A stretch of 63,300 bases of DNA from an uncultured Candidatus Saccharibacteria bacterium (GCA_964292495.1 CAXYVX010000001.1:1-63300); one strand, 5' to 3'. Numbered from the stretch's first letter, positions 17,639 through 28,131 are shown. Program-made: numbers and translations. The notes: generated by a model not told the origin, from the sequence alone.

Positions 17639-19579
17639 GTGAATAATATTAGAAATTTTTGCATAATCGCGCATATTGACCATGGTAAAAGCACTTTAGC
17701 TGACCGAATGATGGAATTAACCGGAACGGTTGAAAAGCGCGAGATGAAATCTCAACTTCTTGATTCCATGGATCTTGAACGCGAGCGCGGCATCACCATT
17801 AAACTTGCGCCAGTTTCCATGCTCTGGCGAGAAGGTTTTTTTGGTAGTGCTGATTTTTCTGAAAATAATTTTTTGAAGAAATCGCAAGAAAATTTTCGCG
17901 AACTTCATGGCGAAATTTTTGGAAAAGATGAAAAAATTTCGCGAGAAAAACGCGATGATTTCCGAAAAAATAATTACGAGTTGAACTTGATTGACACGCC
18001 CGGACACGTTGATTTTTCATACGAAGTTTCGCGAAGTTTGGCCGCTGTTGAAGGCGCGATTTTGGTGGTTGACGCGACGCAGGGAATTCAAGCGCAAACA
18101 CTACAAAATTTATATCTCGCGATGGATCAGAATCTGGAAATAATTCCGGTTCTTAATAAAATTGATTTGCCAGCAGCGGATGTTGAAAAAGTGAGTCGCG
18201 AAATCATCAATTTACTTGGAGTTTCAGAAGACGAGATTTTGAAAATTTCCGCAAAAACCGGCGACGGCGTGGCGGAAGTTTTGGATGCGGTTGTTTCAAG
18301 AATTCCGGCACCGCGAAAAACAGATTTTGCGGAAAACTTCGCGAATGAGAAAGACGTCCCGTTGCGCGCGCTGATTTTTGACTCGTATTATGACGATTAC
18401 CGTGGAGTGATTCTTTATGTGAGAGTTGTGGACGGGCACGTCGCGAAAGGTGATGAAATTTTCATGATGGCGACAGAGAAAAAGGGTTTGGCGCTGGAAA
18501 TCGGGAAGCTTTCGCCGAAAATGACTGAAATCCGAGAGCTCGGACCGGGCGAAATTGGCTATATTGTGACGAACTTGAAAACCACGCGCGATGCAAAAGT
18601 GGGGGATACGGTTAACCTTGCAGATGAGTTAGCCAATGAGCCTCTCCCCGGCTACAAAGAAGTCAAACCCTTCGTCTATGCTGGATTTTTCCCGACCAGC
18701 AACGAAGATTATGGCAAACTAAAAGACGCAGTTGAGAAGATTTCACTCTCGGATTCTGCACTGCAATTCGCGCCGGAAAACTCGCCGGTTCTCGGGTTTG
18801 GTGTGCGAATTGGATTTTTGGGGCTCCTGCATTTGGATATTATTCGCGAAAGATTGGAGCGTGAATACGGGCTTGATTTGATTGTGACAAACCCGAGCAC
18901 GGACTACGAAATCGTCTTGTCGAGCGGAGAAATTCTTGACATTAAATCAGCCAGCGAATTGCCTGACCAGACGAAAATTCGCGAAATTCGCGAGCCGTGG
19001 GTGAACGGAGAAATCATCGTCCCGCGCGAATATGTTGGCGCTGTTTTGAATCTCATCATTACAAAACGCGGAATGCAAAAAAATATTTCTTACATTGAAG
19101 AGCGATCACTGATCACTTTTTCGGCGCCGCTCGCAAACCTTTTGACCGACTTTTACGACCAGCTGAAATCAGTCACTTCCGGCTACGGATCTTTTAATTA
19201 TGATTTGGCGGATTACAAAACCGAAGATTTGGTGAGAGTTGATTTTCTGATCGCGGAGGAAATTGTGGACGCGCTGTCGGTGATGTGCCACAGAAGCGAA
19301 GCTGCTCCGCTCGGGCGAGAGCTCGTGAAAAAGCTCAGAGACGTCATCCCGAGACAGAACTTTGTTGTGAAAATTCAGGCCGCAATCGGCGGAAAAATCA
19401 TTGCTCGCGAAACAATTTCTGCATACAGAAAAGACGTGACTGTCAAAATTCACACCGGCGACCCAGACCGCCGAGCCAAACTTCTTGACAAGCAAAAACG
19501 CGGCAAAAAACGCATGCGCAAATTTGGAAAAGTTGAGATACCAAGCGAAGCATTTACGGTGATGTTGAAAAAAGATTAA
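17639..19579 (+). CDS. lepA: translation elongation factor 4 (LepA) with a ~40-aa insertion in the G domain
   Basis: IRNFCIIAHIDHGKSTLADR, DTPGHVDF, NKIDL, and LepA C-terminal domain. Extra segment between ITIK and LIDTPGH. Confidence 0.95.
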   Translation: MNNIRNFCIIAHIDHGKSTLADRMMELTGTVEKREMKSQLLDSMDLERERGITIKLAPVSMLWREGFFGSADFSENNFLKKSQENFRELHGEIFGKDEKISREKRDDFRKNNYELNLIDTPGHVDFSYEVSRSLAAVEGAILVVDATQGIQAQTLQNLYLAMDQNLEIIPVLNKIDLPAADVEKVSREIINLLGVSEDEILKISAKTGDGVAEVLDAVVSRIPAPRKTDFAENFANEKDVPLRALIFDSYYDDYRGVILYVRVVDGHVAKGDEIFMMATEKKGLALEIGKLSPKMTEIRELGPGEIGYIVTNLKTTRDAKVGDTVNLADELANEPLPGYKEVKPFVYAGFFPTSNEDYGKLKDAVEKISLSDSALQFAPENSPVLGFGVRIGFLGLLHLDIIRERLEREYGLDLIVTNPSTDYEIVLSSGEILDIKSASELPDQTKIREIREPWVNGEIIVPREYVGAVLNLIITKRGMQKNISYIEERSLITFSAPLANLLTDFYDQLKSVTSGYGSFNYDLADYKTEDLVRVDFLIAEEIVDALSVMCHRSEAAPLGRELVKKLRDVIPRQNFVVKIQAAIGGKIIARETISAYRKDVTVKIHTGDPDRRAKLLDKQKRGKKRMRKFGKVEIPSEAFTVMLKKD

Positions 19580-19605
19580 AAAATTCTTTGTTTTTGTTTC
19601 GCGAT

Positions 19606-20343
19606 TTATTTGAGTCGCAAAATAAACTGGTGGGTTTCGCCGCCTAGTTCGCGTTCGATGTCGTCGTGAAGTTTTTTGGCTGCTTTTTTTGCTTCGTCAT
19701 CGCTGTATTTTTTCGCGAATTTTTTGTCGGCAATGAGTTTTCGCGAAATTTCCGCAGCTTCTTTGAGGTCGTCGTTGATGACGAAACGGTAGTAATTTGA
19801 GCGTAAAGCAAAATCTAGTTCGGCTTCTGCGCTGATCATGCGATTGCGTTTTTCTTCTGAACTTTTGCTGTCATCGCGGCCGGACCAGCGTTTTTGCCAA
19901 ATCTCAAATGATGGCGGAATGATGAAAATTGAAACTAAATTTCGTGCAACGCGGTGATATTCCTCAACTCCTTGAACATCAACATCGCCCAACGCAATCT
20001 TTTTTTCCTCCGTAATTCGCGAAAGTTCGTCGGTTGTCGTCCCGTAAACTCGTCCATGGACAAGCTTTGCTTCAAAATATTTTTTGTTATTTAGATTTTC
20101 GCGAACTTTCTCATTATCAATAAAATGATATGAAACATCTTGAATTTCTCCCGGTCGCGGCGCGCGCGGAATTGTGGTGATGATGCGCGAGAAATTTTCT
20201 GTGTCTTTCAAAATTTCGCGAATGATTGAATCTTTTCCAGCCGCAGCAATCCCAACAATCAATGCAATCCGCATTTTTTCAACGATTTTTTTTGCGTCTT
20301 CCGGCGCTTCATAACTATCAACTTTTTCTCTCAAACTTTCCAT
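19606..20343 (-). CDS. gmk: guanylate kinase-like protein with a C-terminal tail
   Basis: P-loop GIAAAGKDS, and TTIPRAPRPGEIQDVSYHFID....F.......YFEAKLVHGRVYGTT matching the Gmk core. Confidence 0.65.
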   Translation of the reverse strand: MESLREKVDSYEAPEDAKKIVEKMRIALIVGIAAAGKDSIIREILKDTENFSRIITTIPRAPRPGEIQDVSYHFIDNEKVRENLNNKKYFEAKLVHGRVYGTTTDELSRITEEKKIALGDVDVQGVEEYHRVARNLVSIFIIPPSFEIWQKRWSGRDDSKSSEEKRNRMISAEAELDFALRSNYYRFVINDDLKEAAEISRKLIADKKFAKKYSDDEAKKAAKKLHDDIERELGGETHQFILRLK

Positions 20344-20349
20344 AGATAG

Positions 20350-20357
20350 ATTATACA
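20350..20357 (-). promoter_or_regulatory. TG-TATAAT 6 nt before the gmk-like ATG (leaderless)
   Basis: The minus strand reads TTCGCGAAAATC-TG-TATAAT-CTATCT-ATG. Confidence 0.5.
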
Positions 20358-20394
20358 GATTTTCGCGAAAAAAATGAAATGAAGCTGGAGGAAA

Positions 20395-22554
20395 TCAATA
20401 ATCTTCCGCCGGTTCGTCAAACTGCGAGTTGTAGAGCTTTGCATAGAAACCGTTTTGCGAAAGCAGGGAAGCGTGATTTCCGCTCTCAACAATGTCGCCG
20501 TGATCCATCACCAAAATCAAGTCCGCGTCGCGAATTGTCGACAAACGGTGTGCAATCACGAAACTCGTGCGTCCCTTCATCAGCTGCAACATTGCGTGCT
20601 GAATGTGAGATTCGGTGCGCGTGTCAACGTTTGAAGTTGCTTCGTCTAAGATCAGCATTGGCGGGTTTGCGAGCATTGCCCGAGCAATGGTCAAAAGCTG
20701 CTTTTCGCCAGCCGAAATGTTTTCTGCGTCTTCCGACAGAATCGTTTCGTAGCCGTGAGGAAGTGAGCGGATGAAATGGTCAACGTGAGCCGCTTCTGCG
20801 ATTTTCGCGATTTCTTGATCTGTTGCGTCGTGTTTTCCATACGACAGGTTTTCGCGAATTGTGCCGCTGAAAAGCCAAGTGTCCTGCAAAACCATCGCGA
20901 AGTTTTTGCGAACATCTGCGCGCGTCATGTCGCGAGTGTTGACGCCATCAATGGTGATTTCGCCTGATTCCGGGTCATAAAAGCGCATGAGCAAATTCAC
21001 GATTGTGGTTTTTCCTGCACCGGTCGGGCCGACAATTGCCACTGTTGCGCCAGGTTTTACGGATGCTGTGAAATTCTTGATAATTGGTTTTCCGGTTTCG
21101 TATGCGAATTTTACATCTTTGAATTCAACTGCTCCGCGAACATTTTTAAGCTTAACAGGTTTTGCTGGATCGGCGATTTCATTTGGCTCTTCAAGGAATT
21201 CAAACACGCGCTCCGCGCCGGCCGCCATTGGTTGAAGCATGTTCATGATTTGCGAAAGCTGCATGATCGGCTGGTTGAACTGCTGAACATATTGAATGAA
21301 CGCCAAAATGTCGCCCACACCCATCCCTTGGTTGATCGCCAGCCAGCCGCCCATTAGCGCCACGCCGACATATCCAAGGTTGCCAACAATGTTTGAAATT
21401 GGCCACATTAAGCCAGACAGAAACTGCGATTTCCAGGCTGTGTCGTGAAGGTCGTCATTGTATTTGGAGAATTTCTCGACGGTTTTTTTCTCGCTACCAA
21501 AAACTTTAACCACGCTGTGTCCGGCGTAAACCTCTTCAATTTGCCCGTCAATTTTCCCGAGAACTTCCTGCTGTTGCGCGAAATATTTCTGCGATATTTT
21601 CACAACGCGCATAACAAAGAACATGCTAATCGGGATGACCGACAGGGAAATAAGTGCCATTTGCCAGCTAATCGTAAACATCATTATCGGGATGCCAATC
21701 ACCATTGTTAGAGATGAAATCATACTGCTTAGCACCTGGCTCATTGATTGCTGGACCAAATCAACGTCGTTGGTAATTCGCGAAAGAATGTCGCCAAACT
21801 GCCGCGAATCGAAATATTTTAGTGGCATCTCATTGATTTTTCGCGAAAGGTCGCGGCGCATCCTAAGAGCCATTCTTTGCGTGATTCCCGCCGCAAGAAA
21901 ACCTTGAATGTAGCCAAAAAGCATTGCGATCGAATAAAACCCGAGCATCAACAAAATGATTTCACCGATAAACCCAAAATCCATTTGCGGTTTTTCGCTA
22001 AGTTTCATTGATGCAACTTCTTTGCGCTGATCACCAGAGAGATTTTTCAAAACTTTATCAACGGTTTCCTGAGCTTTGGAAACTTGCTCGTCAGCGGATT
22101 TTCTGGCTTGATTTAGCTTTTCAAGCGAAGCTGCACGAATCGCTGGCGGCGCTTTTTCAAGTTCAGCCCCAGATTTCGCGAATTGCTGGTCGGTTTCCTG
22201 ACGCATTTTATTCGCGAAATTTTGGAATTCCCAATCAGTAGGAATTTTTTGTCCCTCGGGAAGATTTTTTTGAATCTGGCTGTAAATTTGATCTTTGATC
22301 ACGTAATTTTGAATTTTATTTGTCGCGCCAGCCAAAATTTTTGGTCCCAAAATTGACAAAACAGTTCCAATTATCGCGAAAGCAACCACCAAAAGCACCT
22401 TAAACTTTTCGTTTTTCAAATAATCAACAAGGTTTTTCACGGCTTTATTGAAGTCATTTGCTTTTGCGTCAGACAACATTGCCGCGCCGTGCGATTCTGG
22501 TCCAGACGCTTTGCTTTGAGCTTTTTTCAGATCGTCTGTTGATTCTTTTGCCAT
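20395..22554 (-). CDS. ABC exporter subunit (TMD-NBD, consensus ATP site), MdlB/LmrD-like
   Basis: Walker A GPTGAGKTT, signature SAGEKQLL, Walker B MLILDEATSNVD. A ~120-aa hydrophilic insertion follows TM1. Confidence 0.9.
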   Translation of the reverse strand: MAKESTDDLKKAQSKASGPESHGAAMLSDAKANDFNKAVKNLVDYLKNEKFKVLLVVAFAIIGTVLSILGPKILAGATNKIQNYVIKDQIYSQIQKNLPEGQKIPTDWEFQNFANKMRQETDQQFAKSGAELEKAPPAIRAASLEKLNQARKSADEQVSKAQETVDKVLKNLSGDQRKEVASMKLSEKPQMDFGFIGEIILLMLGFYSIAMLFGYIQGFLAAGITQRMALRMRRDLSRKINEMPLKYFDSRQFGDILSRITNDVDLVQQSMSQVLSSMISSLTMVIGIPIMMFTISWQMALISLSVIPISMFFVMRVVKISQKYFAQQQEVLGKIDGQIEEVYAGHSVVKVFGSEKKTVEKFSKYNDDLHDTAWKSQFLSGLMWPISNIVGNLGYVGVALMGGWLAINQGMGVGDILAFIQYVQQFNQPIMQLSQIMNMLQPMAAGAERVFEFLEEPNEIADPAKPVKLKNVRGAVEFKDVKFAYETGKPIIKNFTASVKPGATVAIVGPTGAGKTTIVNLLMRFYDPESGEITIDGVNTRDMTRADVRKNFAMVLQDTWLFSGTIRENLSYGKHDATDQEIAKIAEAAHVDHFIRSLPHGYETILSEDAENISAGEKQLLTIARAMLANPPMLILDEATSNVDTRTESHIQHAMLQLMKGRTSFVIAHRLSTIRDADLILVMDHGDIVESGNHASLLSQNGFYAKLYNSQFDEPAEDY

Positions 22555-24368
22555 TATTTTCCTCCTTTTTTGCGCAAACCGCCCGCATGATTTTTTGCAG
22601 TTTTCATCTCGTCCGCGAATTCACTTTCAGCAAACTGGCTCTCCGCAATTTCGCGATAAGTTTTACTGCTATTTAACAAGTCGTAATGCGTTCCAATTGC
22701 GTCGATTTTTCCGTCGTCAAGCACGATTATTTGCACCGCGTCCTTGATGGTTGAAATACGCTGCGCAACAATAATGACGGTTTTGTCTTTCGCGAATTTT
22801 TCCAAATTTTTGCGAACTTTTTTATCTGTTGCGTAATCGAGCGCACTGAAAGAATCGTCAAAAATCAGAACGTCAGGATTTCCAGCTAATGCCCGCGCAA
22901 TGCTGATTCGCTGTCGCTGACCACCGGAAACATTGGTTCCACCCTGTGCGATTCGCGATTTGTATCCGCCTTCAAGTTTGCGAATAAAGCTGTCGGCTTC
23001 GGCAACTTTCGCGACTTCTTCGATTTCTGCGTCTGTGATTTTTTCGGACTTTTCGCGAATATTTGAAGCCACGGTTCCGGAGAATAACACGCCTTTTTGC
23101 GGGATATAACCGACTGTTTTCACGAGGTCATCCTTTGCGATTTTTTTGATTTCCGCGCCATTGATAAAAATCTGTCCTGATTTTGCGTCATAAAAGCGGG
23201 GAATGAGCTGAATTAGCGTGGATTTTCCGGAGCCGGTTGAGCCAATCACGGCGGTGGTTTTTCCCGGCTCGGCGACAAAAGAAATTCCGTTCAATGTTGA
23301 TTCTTCTGCGCCAGGATATGCAAAATCCACGTTCTTGAATTCTACGGTTCCAACTGGAACATTTTTCGCGAAAACGGTTTTATCTTTTGTGAAAACAACT
23401 GAATTTTCTGTGTCAAGAATTTCGCCGATTCTTTTCACGGAAACGGCCGCTCGCGGAATGAAAATCATCAACATTGCGATGAAAATGAAGCTCATGATCG
23501 CTTGGATTGCGTATTGCGGGAAGCTGACCATGTCGCCGATGTTGACATAATGATTGACAATTCCGTCTGCCATAAACCAAGTGATCATCAGCGAAATTCC
23601 AGTGATCATGAAGCTGACGAGCGGAAACATCACCGCAATCACGCGGTTGACCCAAAGTGTCGTCTCTGTGAGAGCGTCGTTGGCTTTCGCGAATTTTTTC
23701 TCCTCAAATCGTTCGTTTCTAAATGCGCGAATAATGCGCAAACCAGTCAAATTTTCCCTAGAAGCGAGGTTCAAATTGTCGGTCAATTCCTGAATTTTCG
23801 CGAATCTCGGAACGACCAAAATAATCACCAAAACCAAAATTATGATCATGGTTGCCATGCCGAGCCACATTATCCAGCTCAGGCGCGGCGCTTGCTGAAC
23901 CGCCAGAATGATTGAGTAGGCCGCCATGATTGGTGATTGGAGAATCATTCTTAAAACCAGGATTGAGGTCTGCTGTATCTGTTGAATATCGTTTGTACTT
24001 CTGGTGATCAAAGAAGCGGTGGAGAATTTATTGATCTCGTTTTGCGAGAAATTTTCAACTTTTTCAAAAACTTCTTGGCGCAATCTTTTTGCCCAGCCGG
24101 TGCCGATTTTACTCGCGAAATATCCGGCGGCAATCACAGTAGCAGCGCCAATCACAACCATGCCGATCATGATCAATCCGTGCTGCCAGATGTAATTCAT
24201 GTCTGGCGAAATCACGCCTTTTGCGTCAACATGATTGATGCCGTTATTGACAATATCTCCGGTTATTGAAGGTAATTGCAGTTGCGACCAAACGCTGATG
24301 GCCGTTGTGGCGAGAATAAGAATGATCATCCACCAGTAGGGAATAAGGTATTTAAAAACTTTTTTCAT
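22554..24368 (-). CDS. ABC exporter subunit (TMD-NBD, degenerate catalytic site), MdlA/LmrC-like
   Basis: GSTGSGKST, VSGGQRQR, and Walker B LIFDDS (Asp in place of the catalytic Glu). ATG 24368 (MKKVFKYL) is preferred over track start 24449, which overlaps the next gene. Confidence 0.9.
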   Translation of the reverse strand: MKKVFKYLIPYWWMIILILATTAISVWSQLQLPSITGDIVNNGINHVDAKGVISPDMNYIWQHGLIMIGMVVIGAATVIAAGYFASKIGTGWAKRLRQEVFEKVENFSQNEINKFSTASLITRSTNDIQQIQQTSILVLRMILQSPIMAAYSIILAVQQAPRLSWIMWLGMATMIIILVLVIILVVPRFAKIQELTDNLNLASRENLTGLRIIRAFRNERFEEKKFAKANDALTETTLWVNRVIAVMFPLVSFMITGISLMITWFMADGIVNHYVNIGDMVSFPQYAIQAIMSFIFIAMLMIFIPRAAVSVKRIGEILDTENSVVFTKDKTVFAKNVPVGTVEFKNVDFAYPGAEESTLNGISFVAEPGKTTAVIGSTGSGKSTLIQLIPRFYDAKSGQIFINGAEIKKIAKDDLVKTVGYIPQKGVLFSGTVASNIREKSEKITDAEIEEVAKVAEADSFIRKLEGGYKSRIAQGGTNVSGGQRQRISIARALAGNPDVLIFDDSFSALDYATDKKVRKNLEKFAKDKTVIIVAQRISTIKDAVQIIVLDDGKIDAIGTHYDLLNSSKTYREIAESQFAESEFADEMKTAKNHAGGLRKKGGK

Positions 24369-24414
24369 GCTTACATCATACTTGATTTTCGTGAAAAATC
24401 CGAAAATGCGGAAA

Positions 24415-26298
24415 TTATTTTTTCGCGATTGAGTGTGCGCGCAAAGCATTTAAGATGACCGTAACGTCAATCAGCTCTTGAAGTCCGGCGCCAACGATGG
24501 CCGGAATGAACCCAAACGCCGCGATCAATTCCAGGACTATACACAGCGCGATTCCAGACCAAACGGATTGCAGTGCAACGGAAATCGTCCGTTCGGAAAT
24601 TTTTCTCATTAAGACAACTTTTGACAGGTTGTCCAACATGATCACCGCGTCTGCGCTTTCGCTGGCGGCCGTGTTTCCGCGAGCGCCCATCGCGATTCCG
24701 ACATCTGATGCGGCAATAACCGGCGCGTCGTTAATTCCGTCGCCGACCATCGCCACAGAACCGTAAGTTTTTCGCAATCGTTTGATCTCCGCGACTTTAT
24801 CCTCAGGCAAGAGTTCCGCCCGGAAATCCAGCCCAATTTTTTTCGCGATTGCCGATGCGGTTGTTCGGTTATCCCCGGTCAACATCACGATTTCGCGAAA
24901 ACCAAGTTTTGAGAGATTTTTCACCGTTGATGAGCTTTCTTTGCGCAAGTGATCCGCAAAAATAATCCGCCCGGCCAGCTTTCCGTCCACTGCGACAAAC
25001 ATTGAAGTTTGGCTGTCATTTTCAGGGAGATTTTCGGTAATTTTATTCTGTTTCAAAAAGTCCAGCTGTCCGACGAGTATTTTTTTAGAGTCAACATTTG
25101 CGTAAATTCCTGAGCCGGTGATTTCGCGAACATTTTTCGCTGCGGACAACGAAATTTTTTGCTTTTTCGCGAAATTTAACAGGGAAGCGGCGAGAACGTG
25201 CGAACTTCCGCTTTCGGCGCTGGCTGCGAGTCTAACCAAATCTTTGGTGCTGAAACTTTTCGCGAAAACTTTGACATCTGTTATTTCAACTTCGCCTTTT
25301 GTTAAAGTTCCGGTTTTGTCAAACGCGATTGCGCGAGCGGTGCGGAATTTTTCAAGCACCGAGCCGTTTTTGACGATAATTCCGTTTTTGCTAGCGATTG
25401 ACATTCCGCTGATCAGCGCGATTGGCGCCGCGAGAATTAGTGGACACGGACTAGCCACGACCAAAACCTCCGCGAATCTGACAGGATCGCCGCTGATGAT
25501 CCAGGCAATTCCCGCGATCACATAAGATATCAGCGTGAACGGCACGGCGTAGCGGTCAGCGAGTCGCACAAACGGCGCTGGCTGGCTTTCGGCTTCGCGA
25601 ACGAGTTTGATGATTTTCGCATACTGCGAATCTTTTTCTTCGGCGGAAACCTTGATTTTGATCGCGCGGTTTCCGTTCAATGAGCCGGACATGACGCCGT
25701 CGCCCGGGTTTTTCAGAACAGGTATGCTTTCTCCGGTCAGCGATGATTCGTCAAATTCCGCGGATTCTTCCAGTAAAGATCCATCAACAGGGACAACTTC
25801 TCCGGCTTTGACTAAAAGAATGTCGCCAATTTTCGCTTCGGCAACTTTAATATCGCGAATTTCTTCTCCTATCACCAGATGCGCCACGTCTGGGACGCGT
25901 TTTAAAAGTGCGGTTAATTCGCGTTTTGCTCGCCCAGCCGCAAAATCTTCAAGAGTTTCGCCACCAGTCAACATCAGGACTATCACCAATGCAGCCCAAG
26001 TTTGACCGACCAAAATACACGCCACAATCGCCGTGATCGCCAAAATGTCAACGCCGTATTTGCCGCTGCGCAAAGTTTTCACCATGTCTGAAAACAGTAC
26101 AACAGCGATGAAAATTCCCCAAACCATGATTGCGATTTCGCCTGCGGTGAAGCTTGAAATTTCCATTTTTCGCGAAAATAGCGGAATATCGTTTCCCCAG
26201 CTCCCTGAAATTCCCGACCAAATCAGCGCAAATGCGCCAACAAAAATCGTGATCAAAAACTGCCAATAATTTTTTGCGAAATCTAATACTTTCTTCAT
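24415..26298 (-). CDS. P1B-type heavy-metal ATPase, P1B-4-like (SPC motif, no N-terminal metal-binding domain)
   Basis: DKTGTLT, TGES, GDGINDAP, and TM motif ASPCPL. AGGAGGAAAAATG RBS. Confidence 0.9.
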   Translation of the reverse strand: MKKVLDFAKNYWQFLITIFVGAFALIWSGISGSWGNDIPLFSRKMEISSFTAGEIAIMVWGIFIAVVLFSDMVKTLRSGKYGVDILAITAIVACILVGQTWAALVIVLMLTGGETLEDFAAGRAKRELTALLKRVPDVAHLVIGEEIRDIKVAEAKIGDILLVKAGEVVPVDGSLLEESAEFDESSLTGESIPVLKNPGDGVMSGSLNGNRAIKIKVSAEEKDSQYAKIIKLVREAESQPAPFVRLADRYAVPFTLISYVIAGIAWIISGDPVRFAEVLVVASPCPLILAAPIALISGMSIASKNGIIVKNGSVLEKFRTARAIAFDKTGTLTKGEVEITDVKVFAKSFSTKDLVRLAASAESGSSHVLAASLLNFAKKQKISLSAAKNVREITGSGIYANVDSKKILVGQLDFLKQNKITENLPENDSQTSMFVAVDGKLAGRIIFADHLRKESSSTVKNLSKLGFREIVMLTGDNRTTASAIAKKIGLDFRAELLPEDKVAEIKRLRKTYGSVAMVGDGINDAPVIAASDVGIAMGARGNTAASESADAVIMLDNLSKVVLMRKISERTISVALQSVWSGIALCIVLELIAAFGFIPAIVGAGLQELIDVTVILNALRAHSIAKK

Positions 26299-26351
26299 TT
26301 TTCCTCCTGTTTTTTCTAAATCTTTATCAATTCTAGCAGATTTATTATAAA

Positions 26352-26360
26352 TGATATACT
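26352..26360 (+). promoter_or_regulatory. extended -10 TGaTATACT 6 nt before the ATG (leaderless)
   Basis: TGATATACT at 26352-26360, then GGCAAT, then ATG at 26367. Confidence 0.5.
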
Positions 26361-26366
26361 GGCAAT

Positions 26367-27671
26367 ATGTTTTTATTTATTTTGGGGCGTCAACCAGAGA
26401 TCGGGACCGCAGAACTCGCGGCGGTTTTTGGGCGCGAGAATATTCGCGAAATTTCACGCAATATTGTGGCGGTTTCCGAAGAAAAAATTTTGGCGACTGC
26501 GGTTTCTGGCGCGAAAGATTTATCTGATCGCGAAAAGCAAAATCTAGTGTTTGACCGGCTTGGATCTGTGGTGAAAATCGCGCGGGTTTTCGCGAAAATT
26601 GCAGACAATAAAGATTTGAAACTAACAACTTTTGCAGATGAAATTTCGCGAAAATTCAGCGAAAACGGCGGAAAAATCACGCTCGGTTTTTCTAGCGAAA
26701 CGCGTGATTTATCGCCGCGAAATTTGGATGAAATTTCGCTGCAAGTTCGCAAAAATTTAGCCGCGCAAGACATCACTTTTCGCGAAATTTTCCGCGAAAA
26801 AGGCGAAAATAAACTGAATTCCGCTAGCGTTTTTCACAATAAATTGACTGGCGAAAGTTTGCGAAAAGCCGAAGTTATTTTTGCAGATTTCAATCACGAA
26901 TTTTTGCTTGCGGAAACGGTTTTTGTTCAAAATATCACCAGCTACACTTTTCGCGATCGCTCCCGCCCGAAACGAGATGCGAAAGTTGGCATGCTTCCGC
27001 CAAAACTCGCTCAAACCATCATCAATCTCGCGGTTGGTCAAGATGATATGCGCGGGAAAATTCTGCTGGATGCGTTTGTTGGAACAGGGGTGATTTTACA
27101 GGAAGCGGCGCTGATGGGCATGCGAGTTTACGGTTCTGACATTGAGCCGCGAATGATTGATTACACGCGCGAAAATTTGGATTGGGTTTCGCGAAAATTT
27201 GGGCGAGAATTTGCGCTGTCTGGCGCGGAACGTGATTTTCAGAGATTGCTTGAGGTTGGTTCTGCAACAGAGATGAAATGGAGTTTTTCAGACGAAACCT
27301 CAACGGATTCCGCCACAAAAAAAGACAAAGTTTTTCCTGATTTTGTAGCTGGCGAAACATATCTTGGGCGCGCATATGCAACGGAGCCGAGCGCTGAGAA
27401 TTTGCGCGAAAACATCGGCAACGTGAATAAAATTTTGACGGAATTTCTCAAAAATTTGCGTGGGCAAGCCACGGCGAAAACCGGGATTTGTTTGGCCGTT
27501 CCGGCTTGGTTTATCGCGAAAAATGGCCGCGAAAAAATAGTTCATTTACCTCTGTTGAAAGAGTTGGAAAACATGGGTTTTTCGCGAAGTTTTGAAGGGC
27601 TTGTTTACCACAGAGAAGGACAGATTGTCGGGCGCGAACTGCTGGTGTTGAGAAAAGGCAAAAACAAGTAA
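26367..27671 (+). CDS. SAM-dependent (RNA) methyltransferase, UPF0020/Trm11-RlmL-like
   Basis: RPKRDAKVGMLPPKLAQTIINLA and ILLDAFVGTGVILQEAALMG..VYGSDIE (motif I and post-I). Confidence 0.65.
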   Translation: MFLFILGRQPEIGTAELAAVFGRENIREISRNIVAVSEEKILATAVSGAKDLSDREKQNLVFDRLGSVVKIARVFAKIADNKDLKLTTFADEISRKFSENGGKITLGFSSETRDLSPRNLDEISLQVRKNLAAQDITFREIFREKGENKLNSASVFHNKLTGESLRKAEVIFADFNHEFLLAETVFVQNITSYTFRDRSRPKRDAKVGMLPPKLAQTIINLAVGQDDMRGKILLDAFVGTGVILQEAALMGMRVYGSDIEPRMIDYTRENLDWVSRKFGREFALSGAERDFQRLLEVGSATEMKWSFSDETSTDSATKKDKVFPDFVAGETYLGRAYATEPSAENLRENIGNVNKILTEFLKNLRGQATAKTGICLAVPAWFIAKNGREKIVHLPLLKELENMGFSRSFEGLVYHREGQIVGRELLVLRKGKNK

Positions 27672-27692
27672 AACGCCGAATCGCCGAAAGAC

Positions 27693-27720
27693 TTGATTTT
27701 CGCGAAAAATTTGTTAAAAT
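27693..27720 (+). promoter_or_regulatory. rpmA promoter with the palindrome in its spacer
   Basis: TTGATT (27693-98), spacer containing TTCGCGAA (27699-706), then TGt-TAAAAT (27712-20). About 85-nt leader with a small hairpin CTGAT-TGCCTT-ATCAG. Confidence 0.5.
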
Positions 27721-27806
27721 AGAGTCAAATAATTTAATGATCTTCGGATTGGCGCGCTGATTGCCTTATCAGTCTCGGTCCGTCTGATCGAGAAAAAGGA
27801 GTATAA

Positions 27807-28088
27807 ATGTCACACGTGAAAGCAGGCGGTACCGCCAAAAATATCCACAATAACGCCGGTCATCGTCTTGGTGTCAAGCGATTTGGTGGCCAGAAAGTTT
27901 GCCAAGGAGAAGTGATTGTTCGCCAGGTTGGCGCAACTAAAATTGCTGGCGCCGGCGCTTATATGAGCCGCAACTTCACCATCCACGCAGGTCGCGACGG
28001 AGTGGTGAAATTCATCACACGCAAGGTTCGCACCTTCACCGGGAAAACTGTCCCTCGCACAGAAGTTCAGATTGTGGACGCGGAGTAA
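27807..28088 (+). CDS. rpmA: 50S ribosomal protein L27
   Basis: SHVKAGGTAKN....RLGVKRFGGQ.V..G..IVRQ.G matches the L27 N-terminus. AAAGGAG RBS. Confidence 0.95.
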   Translation: MSHVKAGGTAKNIHNNAGHRLGVKRFGGQKVCQGEVIVRQVGATKIAGAGAYMSRNFTIHAGRDGVVKFITRKVRTFTGKTVPRTEVQIVDAE

Positions 28089-28106
28089 TTCGCGAAAACT
28101 TGAGAC

Positions 28107-28131
28107 ACCGCCCTTAATTGGGCGGTTTTTC
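28107..28131 (+). terminator. rho-independent terminator of rpmA
   Basis: Stem ACCGCCC/GGGCGGT, loop TTAATT, TTTTT. Confidence 0.8.
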
